Part shown: positions 40,039 to 49,278 of the stretch, piece after piece | Layout: every line of letters begins with the position of its first letter | How positions within the stretch are numbered: position 1 is the first letter of the stretch | NCBI GenBank assembly: GCA_963808235.1 | Contig: CAWEEQ010000004.1 | Location: 3,328,001 to 3,392,000, forward strand | DNA: 64,000 nt | Source: an uncultured delta proteobacterium | Lineage (GTDB): Bacteria > Desulfobacterota > Binatia > Binatales > Binataceae | Direction: 5' to 3' | Translations under genes and position numbers: made by a program | Notes under the pieces: generated by a model | Database searches by the model: none | What the model was told of the DNA's origin: nothing | What the model saw: only the letters and a program-made list of their open reading frames with translations

Positions 40039-41008
40039 TACACCTGTAATATTGGCGGCAATCGTCCTGGCGCTTCTGATTCGTTCCACGTCGGCACAGG
40101 CGCAATTTATCGGCGGCTCATCGTTCACGGGAAAAGATTCTCTGGTCTCGACCCTGTCCGGTGTTGGGAGCGCGGCTTCAGTCAGATTTGGCGGAATGGG
40201 AGTGAATCCACCAGCGCTGCAAAACCTGGGCGGTGTCGTCCAGCTTATCCTTCAAAGCTCGACCGCTTGCTCCTGGGTCACTGCGGATTATCGCTGGACG
40301 ATCATCCGGCATTCTGAGACCCAGGCACACGGACTGTGCCAGGTGCTCTATTACCGCACCTTCCAGGCTGATGAACGCCTGCCATACCGGTTCCGATGGT
40401 TCGTTAGCGTGCCCTATGACATAAGGACCTACTTGATCTCGAATGTGTCCGGGGTGGACGTGGCTTCCAGCAACCACGGCAATGGCACCACGCTGACCGC
40501 AGACGGAGTGACTACGACTGTGGTGGGCGACTACTTGATGGCCTTCTATGCGAGCCTCGGATCGGGAACCTGGACTCAACCATCGAATATGGGGATCGCC
40601 GTCAGGAATGACTCAGCGGAGGGTGGACCTGCTAACTTTCACTTTCCGAACCTTGCGAGTCAGGCATGGGCCTATCCAGCATCAGCGACCGGAAACAAAG
40701 TGGCTACTGTGTCGGGAAGCCCGGTGGATTGGGTCGCGGACCTGGTAGCCTTCAAGCCGCTATACCCTATTCCGTCGCTGACCGTGGGCGACATAAACCC
40801 CGGCCCAGTCTATAACGGATGCAAAGGTAAGGTGACTCTATCCGCCGGCGAGGCAACGTTTAAGAACTCATGCGTTAAGAGCACGAGCTTTTGCCAATGT
40901 CGCGATACTACTACAACCGCTAACTCGTGCACCACCGCGAATCCTTCAACAGGTAGCGTTGGGGTGACGGGAACTGGTACAGATGTCGCGCTTGTCAACT
41001 GCATCTAA
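40016..41008 (+). CDS. Secreted hypothetical beta-rich protein with Cys-rich C-terminus
   Basis: Signal peptide ending AQAQ; WTIIRH...QVLYYR...E..PY domain; six Cys in the last 63 aa. Confidence 0.65.
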   Translation: MRRFPSGSTPVILAAIVLALLIRSTSAQAQFIGGSSFTGKDSLVSTLSGVGSAASVRFGGMGVNPPALQNLGGVVQLILQSSTACSWVTADYRWTIIRHSETQAHGLCQVLYYRTFQADERLPYRFRWFVSVPYDIRTYLISNVSGVDVASSNHGNGTTLTADGVTTTVVGDYLMAFYASLGSGTWTQPSNMGIAVRNDSAEGGPANFHFPNLASQAWAYPASATGNKVATVSGSPVDWVADLVAFKPLYPIPSLTVGDINPGPVYNGCKGKVTLSAGEATFKNSCVKSTSFCQCRDTTTTANSCTTANPSTGSVGVTGTGTDVALVNCI

Positions 41009-41110
41009 GCAGTCACCTACTCGACGAGTGGCAACCGCGTCGCCATCCGCAAAGCTTAGGACGCCCACCTAAGCCGCATCGCGTCGAATAGCCGCGAGCC
41101 GTGAGCTACG

Positions 41111-42850
41111 TCACTTCGCGCGAGGACCACCTCCGCCGCCATGTGCCGGCTGCGCCGGTGCTGAGTGGGGCGCCGCGTGAGCGGCTTCCGCATGAGGCTG
41201 CCCTCCGCCGCCTCCACCGCCGTGATGCTCGAATGCCTGCGCTTGCTCCGTATGCCTCTGCTCGAAGGTATGCATCTCCTGCGCGTGCTGACGCTGGAGA
41301 TCCTGCTGCCGCGCGACATGCTCTTGCTGCGCTGCCCGCTGCTGCTCCACGTGCGAGCGCTCCAGCGCCTGCGTCTCCTGCTGATGCTTCCGATCGAGTT
41401 CCGCGGCTTGCTGCTCGTGGCGGCTATGGTTCTCGGTTTCCACTCGCCTCCAATCCGCGCCCTTTGCCGACTCGGCGGCCGAAGACTGTTTCTCGCGCGC
41501 CTGTTGCTCCTCTTGAATATGCTGCCGCTCCATCGCCGCCGACTCCTGCGCATGCTTTTGCTGAAGCGCCCCGAGTTGCGCGATATGCTTGCGCTCGGCC
41601 TGCTGCTGCTGCTGGACGCGGTTGCGCTCCAACTCCTGCATCCGTGCGTTTTGCCGATGCTCTAGCGCTTGCTGTTGCTCGGTATGCGCGCGCTCGACTG
41701 CTTGGCGCATATCGCCATTCCACTCGGGATGATGCTGCTGCGCCCAGGTGGGATTCTTCTGCGCCCACCAGTGGACGTCGTGCCACTGATGCTTACCGTC
41801 GTAGTCACCTTTCCATTCCGGATGATGCTGGCTGGCCCACGCGGCGTCGCGATTGTACCACCAGTGATCGGTATGCCAGACCTTCTTGTCGTCGAAGTCG
41901 CCCCACCAGTTCGGATGATTCTCGCGCGCGAACTGAGGCCGGTTCTGCCACCACCACGAGGCCGGCTGCCACACACGATGCTCGTCGTAGTCGCCCCACC
42001 ATTCCGGATGATTCTCGCGGCACCAGTCCGGCCGGTTCTGCCACCACCATCCAGCGGGCCGCCAATAATGATTGTCGTCGAAGTCACCCCACCAGTCGGG
42101 ATGATTCTGCCGGCACCAGTCCGGACGATTCTCCCACCACCATCCCGCCGGCCGCCAGTAGTGTTGATCGTCGAAGTCGCCCCACCATTCCGGATGATGC
42201 TCACGCGCCCAATCGGCATGGTACTGATACCACCACGGCGCCGCGTACCAGACGCCCTCGTAATTGTCGCCCCACCATTCCGGATGATTCTGCCTCACCC
42301 AATCCGGCTGCAGTTGCCACCACCACGGCGCGGCGTACCACATGCCATTCCAGTTATCGCCCCACCATTCGGGATGATGCGCTCGGACCCAATCGGCCCG
42401 CCGCTGCCACCACCATCCGGCCGGATACCAGGTTCCATTGTCGAAATCGCCCCACCATTCCGGATGATGCGCTCGCGCCCAATCGGGCTGATACTGATAC
42501 CACCATGCGGCCGGGTACCAGTCGCCCTCGTAATAGTCGCCCCACCATTCTGGATGATGCTCGCGGACCCAGGCGGGCTGACTGCGCCACCACCATCCGG
42601 CAGGATGCCACTCGTGTTCCTCGTCAAAATCCCCCCACCATTCCGGATGATGCTCCCGCACCCAATCGGGCTGGTTCTGCCACCACCACGCCGCGTCGTG
42701 GAACACATGACCATTGTCATAGTCGCCCCACGCCGGCGCCGGCGGCAACGGCGAAGGCCACGGCCGGTACTGCGCGCGCGCAGGCCCCGCCGGCATCAGC
42801 GTCAACACGATAACCGCCGCCGCGCACAAAGAACTCTTGATTCCGCTCAT
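41111..42850 (-). CDS. Secreted Trp/His-rich tandem-repeat protein with Gln/Glu-rich coiled-coil tail
   Basis: Signal peptide MSGIKSSLCAAAVIVLTLMPAGPARAQ; 11 repeats of GD(F/Y)DxxxxWxxAxWWWxxxPDWxRxHHPEW; antisense frames read as low-complexity shadows. Confidence 0.85.
   Translation of the reverse strand: MSGIKSSLCAAAVIVLTLMPAGPARAQYRPWPSPLPPAPAWGDYDNGHVFHDAAWWWQNQPDWVREHHPEWWGDFDEEHEWHPAGWWWRSQPAWVREHHPEWWGDYYEGDWYPAAWWYQYQPDWARAHHPEWWGDFDNGTWYPAGWWWQRRADWVRAHHPEWWGDNWNGMWYAAPWWWQLQPDWVRQNHPEWWGDNYEGVWYAAPWWYQYHADWAREHHPEWWGDFDDQHYWRPAGWWWENRPDWCRQNHPDWWGDFDDNHYWRPAGWWWQNRPDWCRENHPEWWGDYDEHRVWQPASWWWQNRPQFARENHPNWWGDFDDKKVWHTDHWWYNRDAAWASQHHPEWKGDYDGKHQWHDVHWWAQKNPTWAQQHHPEWNGDMRQAVERAHTEQQQALEHRQNARMQELERNRVQQQQQAERKHIAQLGALQQKHAQESAAMERQHIQEEQQAREKQSSAAESAKGADWRRVETENHSRHEQQAAELDRKHQQETQALERSHVEQQRAAQQEHVARQQDLQRQHAQEMHTFEQRHTEQAQAFEHHGGGGGGGQPHAEAAHAAPHSAPAQPAHGGGGGPRAK
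41720..42730 (-). repeat. 11 coding tandem repeats of 90/93 bp
   Basis: Recurrent + strand core gtcgccccaccattccggatgat at 90-93 bp period. Confidence 0.92.
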
Positions 42851-42940
42851 CGATGCCACCCCCGGATAGTAGTCAAGTAAATCGCATCGCAAGCCAATAA
42901 ACTTCAGAAGAGCTTCGCGTAACGAGCGCCACCCCTAATC

Positions 42941-43351
42941 GCCTCTCCCTGACAGGGAGAGGCCGACGCGAATCGCGTAGCGACCAGTGAAAAACGAGCG
43001 TCGGGTGAGGGTCCGCATTCCAAATTCCGCGCACAGCCCAAAGTTGCGCAAAGCTCTCCTTCAGCCAGAAACTACTTAATATATGTGCGCGTCGCCGCCA
43101 ACAGCCGCGGATGAACCACGAGCGAGCCTGCGGAGTCGAGGGACTCGGCCCCGGTCAGGCTCTTTTGCGATCCTTCCCGTCCGTTTTTTGTGTCACCCTG
43201 ATAGCTTGTGAGTTTTTCAGTTCTCAACAGACTCCGCGCCTTCTCGTCGATTGTTCCCCTTCCCACATGGGAAGGGGTTAGGGGTTAGGTTTGCACGCAT
43301 CGTTCGCAAAGCACGGACGCGCTTTTTTTGTGTCACCCTGAGCGAAGCGAA
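42941..43351. repeat. Cluster of REP-like palindromic elements
   Basis: gcctctccctg-a-cagggagaggc (42941-42963); ccccttccca-ca-tgggaagggg-ttaggggttagg (43256-43289); ttttttgtgtcaccctga twice (43184-43201, 43324-43341). Confidence 0.7.
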
Positions 43352-43402
43352 CAGGCCCCGGCTCTTTTTCTGGAATCGGTTTTCACGCGAAGGAAATTAC
43401 GC

Positions 43403-43921
43403 TTGACCCCCTCAGGTGACTTCAGTCTTCTCGCTCTCTACGCGGCGCTTGACGCGCAGCGGAAAGGCCGCGGCCTCTCATGGTCGCAAGCGACCAAAGA
43501 AATGCATCCGGCGTCCAGGCGCGCTTCAACTCGTCCCCTCAGCCCGTCTACGGTGTCGGGCATGCGCACCAAGGCGGCAGCCGAGGGCGACGGCGTCCTC
43601 GCGATGCTCCGCTGGCTGAATCGAACCCCTGAAAGTTTCGTGCCGGGGCACAAGGATTCTGAAGAGATCGACGCGCGCCTGCCGGAGATTCCCCCGGGCA
43701 AGATCTTGCGATTCGACACGAGGAAAATACACGCCGCCCTCGACGCTCGACGCATCGAGCGAAAATTGACCTGGGCGCAGGTCGCAAAGGAAGCCGGTAC
43801 TGGCACCTCCACCCTGACGTACCTGTCGAAAGGAACCCGAGTCGCATTCCCAGGCGTGATGCGAATCTTCAGATGGCTAGGCAGCCCAGCCGCCCACTTC
43901 ACCCGCGCGTCAGATTTCTGA
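43403..43921 (+). CDS. Tandem-duplicated XRE-like HTH protein
   Basis: Two homologous halves, LYAALDAQRKGRGLSWSQ...WLNRTPESF and IHAALDARRIERKLTWAQ...WLGSPAAHF; TTG 43403 after AAGGA. Confidence 0.75.
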   Translation: MTPSGDFSLLALYAALDAQRKGRGLSWSQATKEMHPASRRASTRPLSPSTVSGMRTKAAAEGDGVLAMLRWLNRTPESFVPGHKDSEEIDARLPEIPPGKILRFDTRKIHAALDARRIERKLTWAQVAKEAGTGTSTLTYLSKGTRVAFPGVMRIFRWLGSPAAHFTRASDF

Positions 43922-43943
43922 TCATAGGCCGCCTTCCCTTTCC

Positions 43944-44001
43944 GTCATCTTGAGCGGAGGCCGCCGGAGTCGAAAGATCTCCGCGAAGCGATGCGCTTCG
44001 C
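43944..44001. repeat. REP-like element plus hairpin
   Basis: gtcatcttgagcggag...gagtcgaaagatct followed by gcgaagcg-atg-cgcttcgc. Confidence 0.55.
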
Positions 44002-44231
44002 TTTCTCTCTCTCCGTCCCCCTGAACGCTCGTATCTCAAGCAGAGCAAACTCGGGGCATGCCGCTGCCACGTTTGTTCAGGGATGAACTGTTCAGCTTAA
44101 CCCCGCCGCATCGGTCATGGTACCTGTAGAGCATGGACAGCTGGTATAAATTGCCCCTTTCGACTCATCTCAACAATTCAGAATCGCGCCACTGGCAGGC
44201 CGTTTGACGTGGCTGCCGGCCACGATTTTAG

Positions 44232-45416
<1,185 letters not shown>

Positions 45417-45417
45417 T

Positions 45418-46059
45418 TCAGTCGCCGGCGTGGACGCGGTGACGCCGCGCCGAATTGAGCGCTGCATGGACGCCCGCGAGCAGGAACTCCGTACACAGAG
45501 TCTCCACCTCGCGCTTGGGCAGCCGTCTCGCGTGCCACGAGCGCGCGAAGATATCGGCCGCACTTAGCATCGCACTGGCTACCGACTCCGCCGCCGCTCG
45601 ATCGACCGCAAATTCCTGCTCCATTGACCGCGCCCAGAAATCGACGAACGTCCCCATCCGTTGGCGCACGGTGCGCGTGAGCTTTCGCCCACTCAGTTTG
45701 GTCTGCAGGATCACGAACAGCACGCCGCGCTCCGTGATGAGTTCCAGATGCGCCTTGAATGCGCGCCGCACTCGTTCGTCGAACGACTCGACGCCGGCGG
45801 TTGCTTCCAGGACTCGTCGATGGAACTCCGCCACCTCGCGATCGTACAGCGCCAGCGCCAACTCCTCGGCGTTCTCGAAGTACGCGTAGCCAAGCCCCTT
45901 GCTCACTTGCGCGCGCTCCGCGACCGACTCCATCGTGAGCGTCTCGAAACCGGAGTCGAGGATTATCGCGGCGCCCACGTCGAGCAAATGCTCGCGGCGC
46001 TGCTCGGCGGGGAGCCGGCGCGCTTTGATCTTTTCAAGTGGAGCAGCGCCAAGTGTCAT
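45418..46059 (-). CDS. TetR/AcrR family regulator
   Basis: GFETLTMESVAERAQVSKGLGYAYF. Confidence 0.9.
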   Translation of the reverse strand: MTLGAAPLEKIKARRLPAEQRREHLLDVGAAIILDSGFETLTMESVAERAQVSKGLGYAYFENAEELALALYDREVAEFHRRVLEATAGVESFDERVRRAFKAHLELITERGVLFVILQTKLSGRKLTRTVRQRMGTFVDFWARSMEQEFAVDRAAAESVASAMLSAADIFARSWHARRLPKREVETLCTEFLLAGVHAALNSARRHRVHAGD

Positions 46060-46426
46060 TGCGAATCGTTACCTCGCGCAGTGCACCTCAACCTCTTCGG
46101 CGGTTCAAACGTTAGTTGCTGGAGACCTGAGACTCAACCACAGATCTTGAGGTCGCGACGCGGCGCCCGCCCCCGAGCCGCACCTCTCAAGCCTGGTCCC
46201 AAAATGCGACATGCGCGTCTCCGATTCGGTCACACGATAGATCGATCTCTCGTACAACGCGGGATCGTCCGACGCCAATGCGGCTTTCTGCGGCTTTGCT
46301 CGTCATCATCCGGGCATGGTCGTTGCGTATATGCGCAGGGGAAAACTGCAGCCAGAGTGCGACGCTCAGGACGCTTGGCCTCGACTGATCATTTTCTCAC
46401 TACGTCAACGGAGGCGGCGCAGAATC

Positions 46427-47230
46427 GTGAATCAGATCATTCAGCAAGCACTGGCAGGCAGGAGATTTGCCCTGATGGGCTTCGATGCGGTCGAAGCCGC
46501 TTCGATCATTTTGGCGCTGGGCACCGTGCGCGGCCTCGGTCACGTGGTCGGAGACGCACCGAATATCCCGGGCCTCAACTCGTTCTCGGCCTTCGATGCT
46601 TGCTTCGTCAATGCGTCAGCTCCCGGCGCTGACGGACAGCCGGCGCCGGTCGAGATGGTCGCGCGCAGCCGCAAGCCGGCGATCGTCGTCGGCACGCTCG
46701 AGGAGCTGGTGACCCAATTCGCCGCGGTCAGCGGCCTCAACCGCGACTTCGTCCTGCGTCCGTCGCGGCCCGAGGAATTGCTGTTCAGCGCCTACCGCAT
46801 CCTCAAATTCGTCGAGAGCGCGGTCGAAGCGATCCAGCACTCTGCTCGAAACGGTCACCGGCGCGTCGTGCTCGCCGATGACGACGCCACCACGATCGTT
46901 CTGATCTCGACCATCCTGAAGCACTTCAAGTTCGAGTGCGTAGTCGCGCACGACGGTGCGCAGGCGCTCGAAGTTGCGCGCGAGATGAAACCCGACCTGG
47001 TCCTCCTCGACGTGTCGATGCCGAAGATGGATGGGTTCGAGGCGCTGACCGCGTTGCGCGGCAATTCGGCGACCAGGAATACCCCGGTCATCCTGGTCAG
47101 CGCCCATCATGATGAAGCTGAAGTGGTCAAGGGCTTCTCGCTCGGCGCCAATGACTACATCACCAAGCCTTTCAACTCGGGCGAACTGATGGCTCGGATC
47201 GGCCGGGTCCTGCGTCTCGAACAAGAATGA
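46427..47230 (+). CDS. Response regulator (degenerate N-terminal domain plus C-terminal receiver)
   Basis: LADDD, LLDVSMPKMDG, DYITKPF; GGAGG upstream of GTG 46427. Confidence 0.85.
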   Translation: MNQIIQQALAGRRFALMGFDAVEAASIILALGTVRGLGHVVGDAPNIPGLNSFSAFDACFVNASAPGADGQPAPVEMVARSRKPAIVVGTLEELVTQFAAVSGLNRDFVLRPSRPEELLFSAYRILKFVESAVEAIQHSARNGHRRVVLADDDATTIVLISTILKHFKFECVVAHDGAQALEVAREMKPDLVLLDVSMPKMDGFEALTALRGNSATRNTPVILVSAHHDEAEVVKGFSLGANDYITKPFNSGELMARIGRVLRLEQE

Positions 47231-47269
47231 GCAAAGCCCGGCAGGGGCGAAGTGAGAAGGGGGCAATTT

Positions 47270-48826
47270 GTGAAGAACGACAAGCTCACCAAATCGATCA
47301 GCGCGCAGAGAGGGGCTCGCGTCGTCGAGCGCAAGCGGAAGGCCGACGACAAGTTCCAGGCGCTGCTCGAGTCGGCCCCGGACGCAATGGTGATCGTGGG
47401 CAAGGAGGGTCGCATGACCATGATCAACGCCCAGACCGCGAAGCTGTTCGGATATGCGCGCGAGGAGTTGCTGGGTAATACGGTCGAGATGCTGGTGCCG
47501 GTGCGATTCCGCGACCAGCATCCACACCAGCGTGACCGATACCTCAAACAACCCAGAGTGCGCGCGATGGGCTCGGAGCTCGAGCTCTACGGCCTGCGCA
47601 AGGACGGCACCGAATTTCCAATCGAGATCAGCTTGACTCCCATTGAGACCGAGCAGGGCACCCTGGTCTCGAGCGCTATCCGCGATATGACCGAGCGCAG
47701 AAGAGCCGAGTACAAGTTCCGCGCGCTGCTCGAGTCGGCTCCGGATGCGATGGTGATCGTGGGCAAGGACGGCCGCATCGCGCTGGTCAATGCGCAGACC
47801 GAGAAGATCTTCGGATACGAGCGCGCCGAGTTGCTCGGCAATGGTGTCGAGATGCTGGTGCCGGCAAGGTTCCACGAGCAGTATCCACAGCATCGCGCCG
47901 AGTACTTCGCAGACTTGAGAGCGCGTACGATAAGCTCGGGACTGGCCCTCTACGGTCTGCGCAAGGACGGCACCGAATTTCCAATTGAGATCAGTCTGAG
48001 CCCGCTGGAAACCGAGCAGGGCACCGGCACCCTGGTCTCGAGCGCGATCCGCGACGTCACGGAGCGTAAGAATGCCGAAGATGAACTGCGGGAACTGAAC
48101 GCATCCAGACGGCGACAGGCCGCACAGCTCGAAGTCGTCAACAAGGAGCTGGAGGCGTTCTCCTATTCGGTTTCGCACGATCTGCGCGCTCCGCTGCGGA
48201 GCATCGACGGCTTCAGCCTGGCGCTGATGGAGGACTACGCCGACAAGCTCGACGAGCAGGCACAGAGCCATCTAAAGCGCATCCGCACCGCCACTCAGCG
48301 CATGGCTCAACTGATCGATGATCTACTAAAGCTGGCGATGGTCACGCGCAGCGAGATGCGCACCGAAATGGTGAACCTGAGTGGCTTGGCGAGTGTCATT
48401 CTGGCCGAGTTCCAGAAGGTGGAGCCGCTGCGGCAGGTCGAGTGCGTAGTTCAGGCTATGGTGATCGCACGCGGTGACCCGCGTTTGCTGCAATTGGTTC
48501 TCGAAAATCTGCTCGGCAACGCATGGAAGTTCACCAGCAAGACACCGAAGGCAAAGATTGAGTTCGCAGAGGCGCAGGTGGAGGGACAGGCGGTCTACTT
48601 CGTCCGCGACAATGGCGCGGGCTTCGACATGAAGTATGCCGAAAAGCTGTTCGGCGCATTCCAGCGGCTTCATACCGCAACAGATTTCCCCGGAATCGGG
48701 GTCGGGCTGGCGACTGTTCAGCGGATCATTCACCGCCACGGCGGCCGGGTTTCGGCGGAGGGAGCGGAAGGCAAGGGGGCGACGTTTTCGTTTACACTGA
48801 AAGTTAATCATGGAGAACAACAATGA
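47270..48826 (+). CDS. PAS-PAS sensor histidine kinase
   Basis: Two PAS/PAC domains, FSYSVSHDLRAPLR, NAWKFT, DNGAGF, GIGVGL. Confidence 0.95.
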   Translation: MKNDKLTKSISAQRGARVVERKRKADDKFQALLESAPDAMVIVGKEGRMTMINAQTAKLFGYAREELLGNTVEMLVPVRFRDQHPHQRDRYLKQPRVRAMGSELELYGLRKDGTEFPIEISLTPIETEQGTLVSSAIRDMTERRRAEYKFRALLESAPDAMVIVGKDGRIALVNAQTEKIFGYERAELLGNGVEMLVPARFHEQYPQHRAEYFADLRARTISSGLALYGLRKDGTEFPIEISLSPLETEQGTGTLVSSAIRDVTERKNAEDELRELNASRRRQAAQLEVVNKELEAFSYSVSHDLRAPLRSIDGFSLALMEDYADKLDEQAQSHLKRIRTATQRMAQLIDDLLKLAMVTRSEMRTEMVNLSGLASVILAEFQKVEPLRQVECVVQAMVIARGDPRLLQLVLENLLGNAWKFTSKTPKAKIEFAEAQVEGQAVYFVRDNGAGFDMKYAEKLFGAFQRLHTATDFPGIGVGLATVQRIIHRHGGRVSAEGAEGKGATFSFTLKVNHGEQQ

Positions 48827-49278
48827 GCGAGCGAGTGATCCTGTTAGTCGAAGATAACGCTGACGATGAAGCGCTCACAATGCGCGCACTCAAGAAGAAC
48901 AATATCACCAATGAAATAGTGGTCGCGCGCGACGGGGTCGAGGCGCTCGATTACCTCTTCGGCACGGGACTGCACGCGGGCCGTGACATCAGCAATCAGC
49001 CGGAGCTGATTCTCCTGGATCTGAAGTTGCCCCGGGTGGACGGATTCGAAGTGCTGAAGAAGCTGCGCACGGATGTGAGAACGAAGTTACTCCCGGTCGT
49101 TATTCTGACTTCATCAAACGAGCAGCAGGACATCGTGAACGGCTATGGCCTGGGCGCCAACAGCTACGTCCGCAAGCCGGTTGATTTTCAGCACTTCCTC
49201 GATGCGGTCAAGCAGCTCGGCCTGTACTGGCTGGTCCTCAATGAGGGTGCGCCGTTCGATTCGGGTCACCGTCCGTGA
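48823..49278 (+). CDS. Single-domain response regulator (Rcp1-like)
   Basis: LVEDNADD, LLDLKLP, GANSYVRKP, YWL. Confidence 0.95.
   Translation: MSERVILLVEDNADDEALTMRALKKNNITNEIVVARDGVEALDYLFGTGLHAGRDISNQPELILLDLKLPRVDGFEVLKKLRTDVRTKLLPVVILTSSNEQQDIVNGYGLGANSYVRKPVDFQHFLDAVKQLGLYWLVLNEGAPFDSGHRP

Noticed and set aside
41208-41218. ccgcctccacc matching the tmRNA 3' end (possible attR)
   Set aside because: Only 11 bp, inside the poly-Gly codons of the Trp-repeat gene, and no integrase is present.
41720-42730. CRISPR-like regularly spaced repeat (gtcgccccaccattccggatgat)
   Set aside because: The period is 90/93 bp (multiples of 3), the spacers are homologous to each other, variation is largely synonymous in an open frame, and no cas genes are present. 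It is a protein repeat.
41101-42880. Long + strand ORFs (570 aa and 403 aa)
   Set aside because: Antisense shadows of the repeat gene; R/P/T- or P/V/I-biased, with no signal peptide or RBS.
43270-43289. Telomere-like TTAGGG / G-quadruplex motif
   Set aside because: Only two partial units, and part of a REP-like hairpin element.
44075-44088. GTTCA-ggga-TGAAC palindrome upstream of pobA as an IclR/PobR site
   Set aside because: Short, about 145 bp from the start, and no IclR gene nearby; insufficient support.
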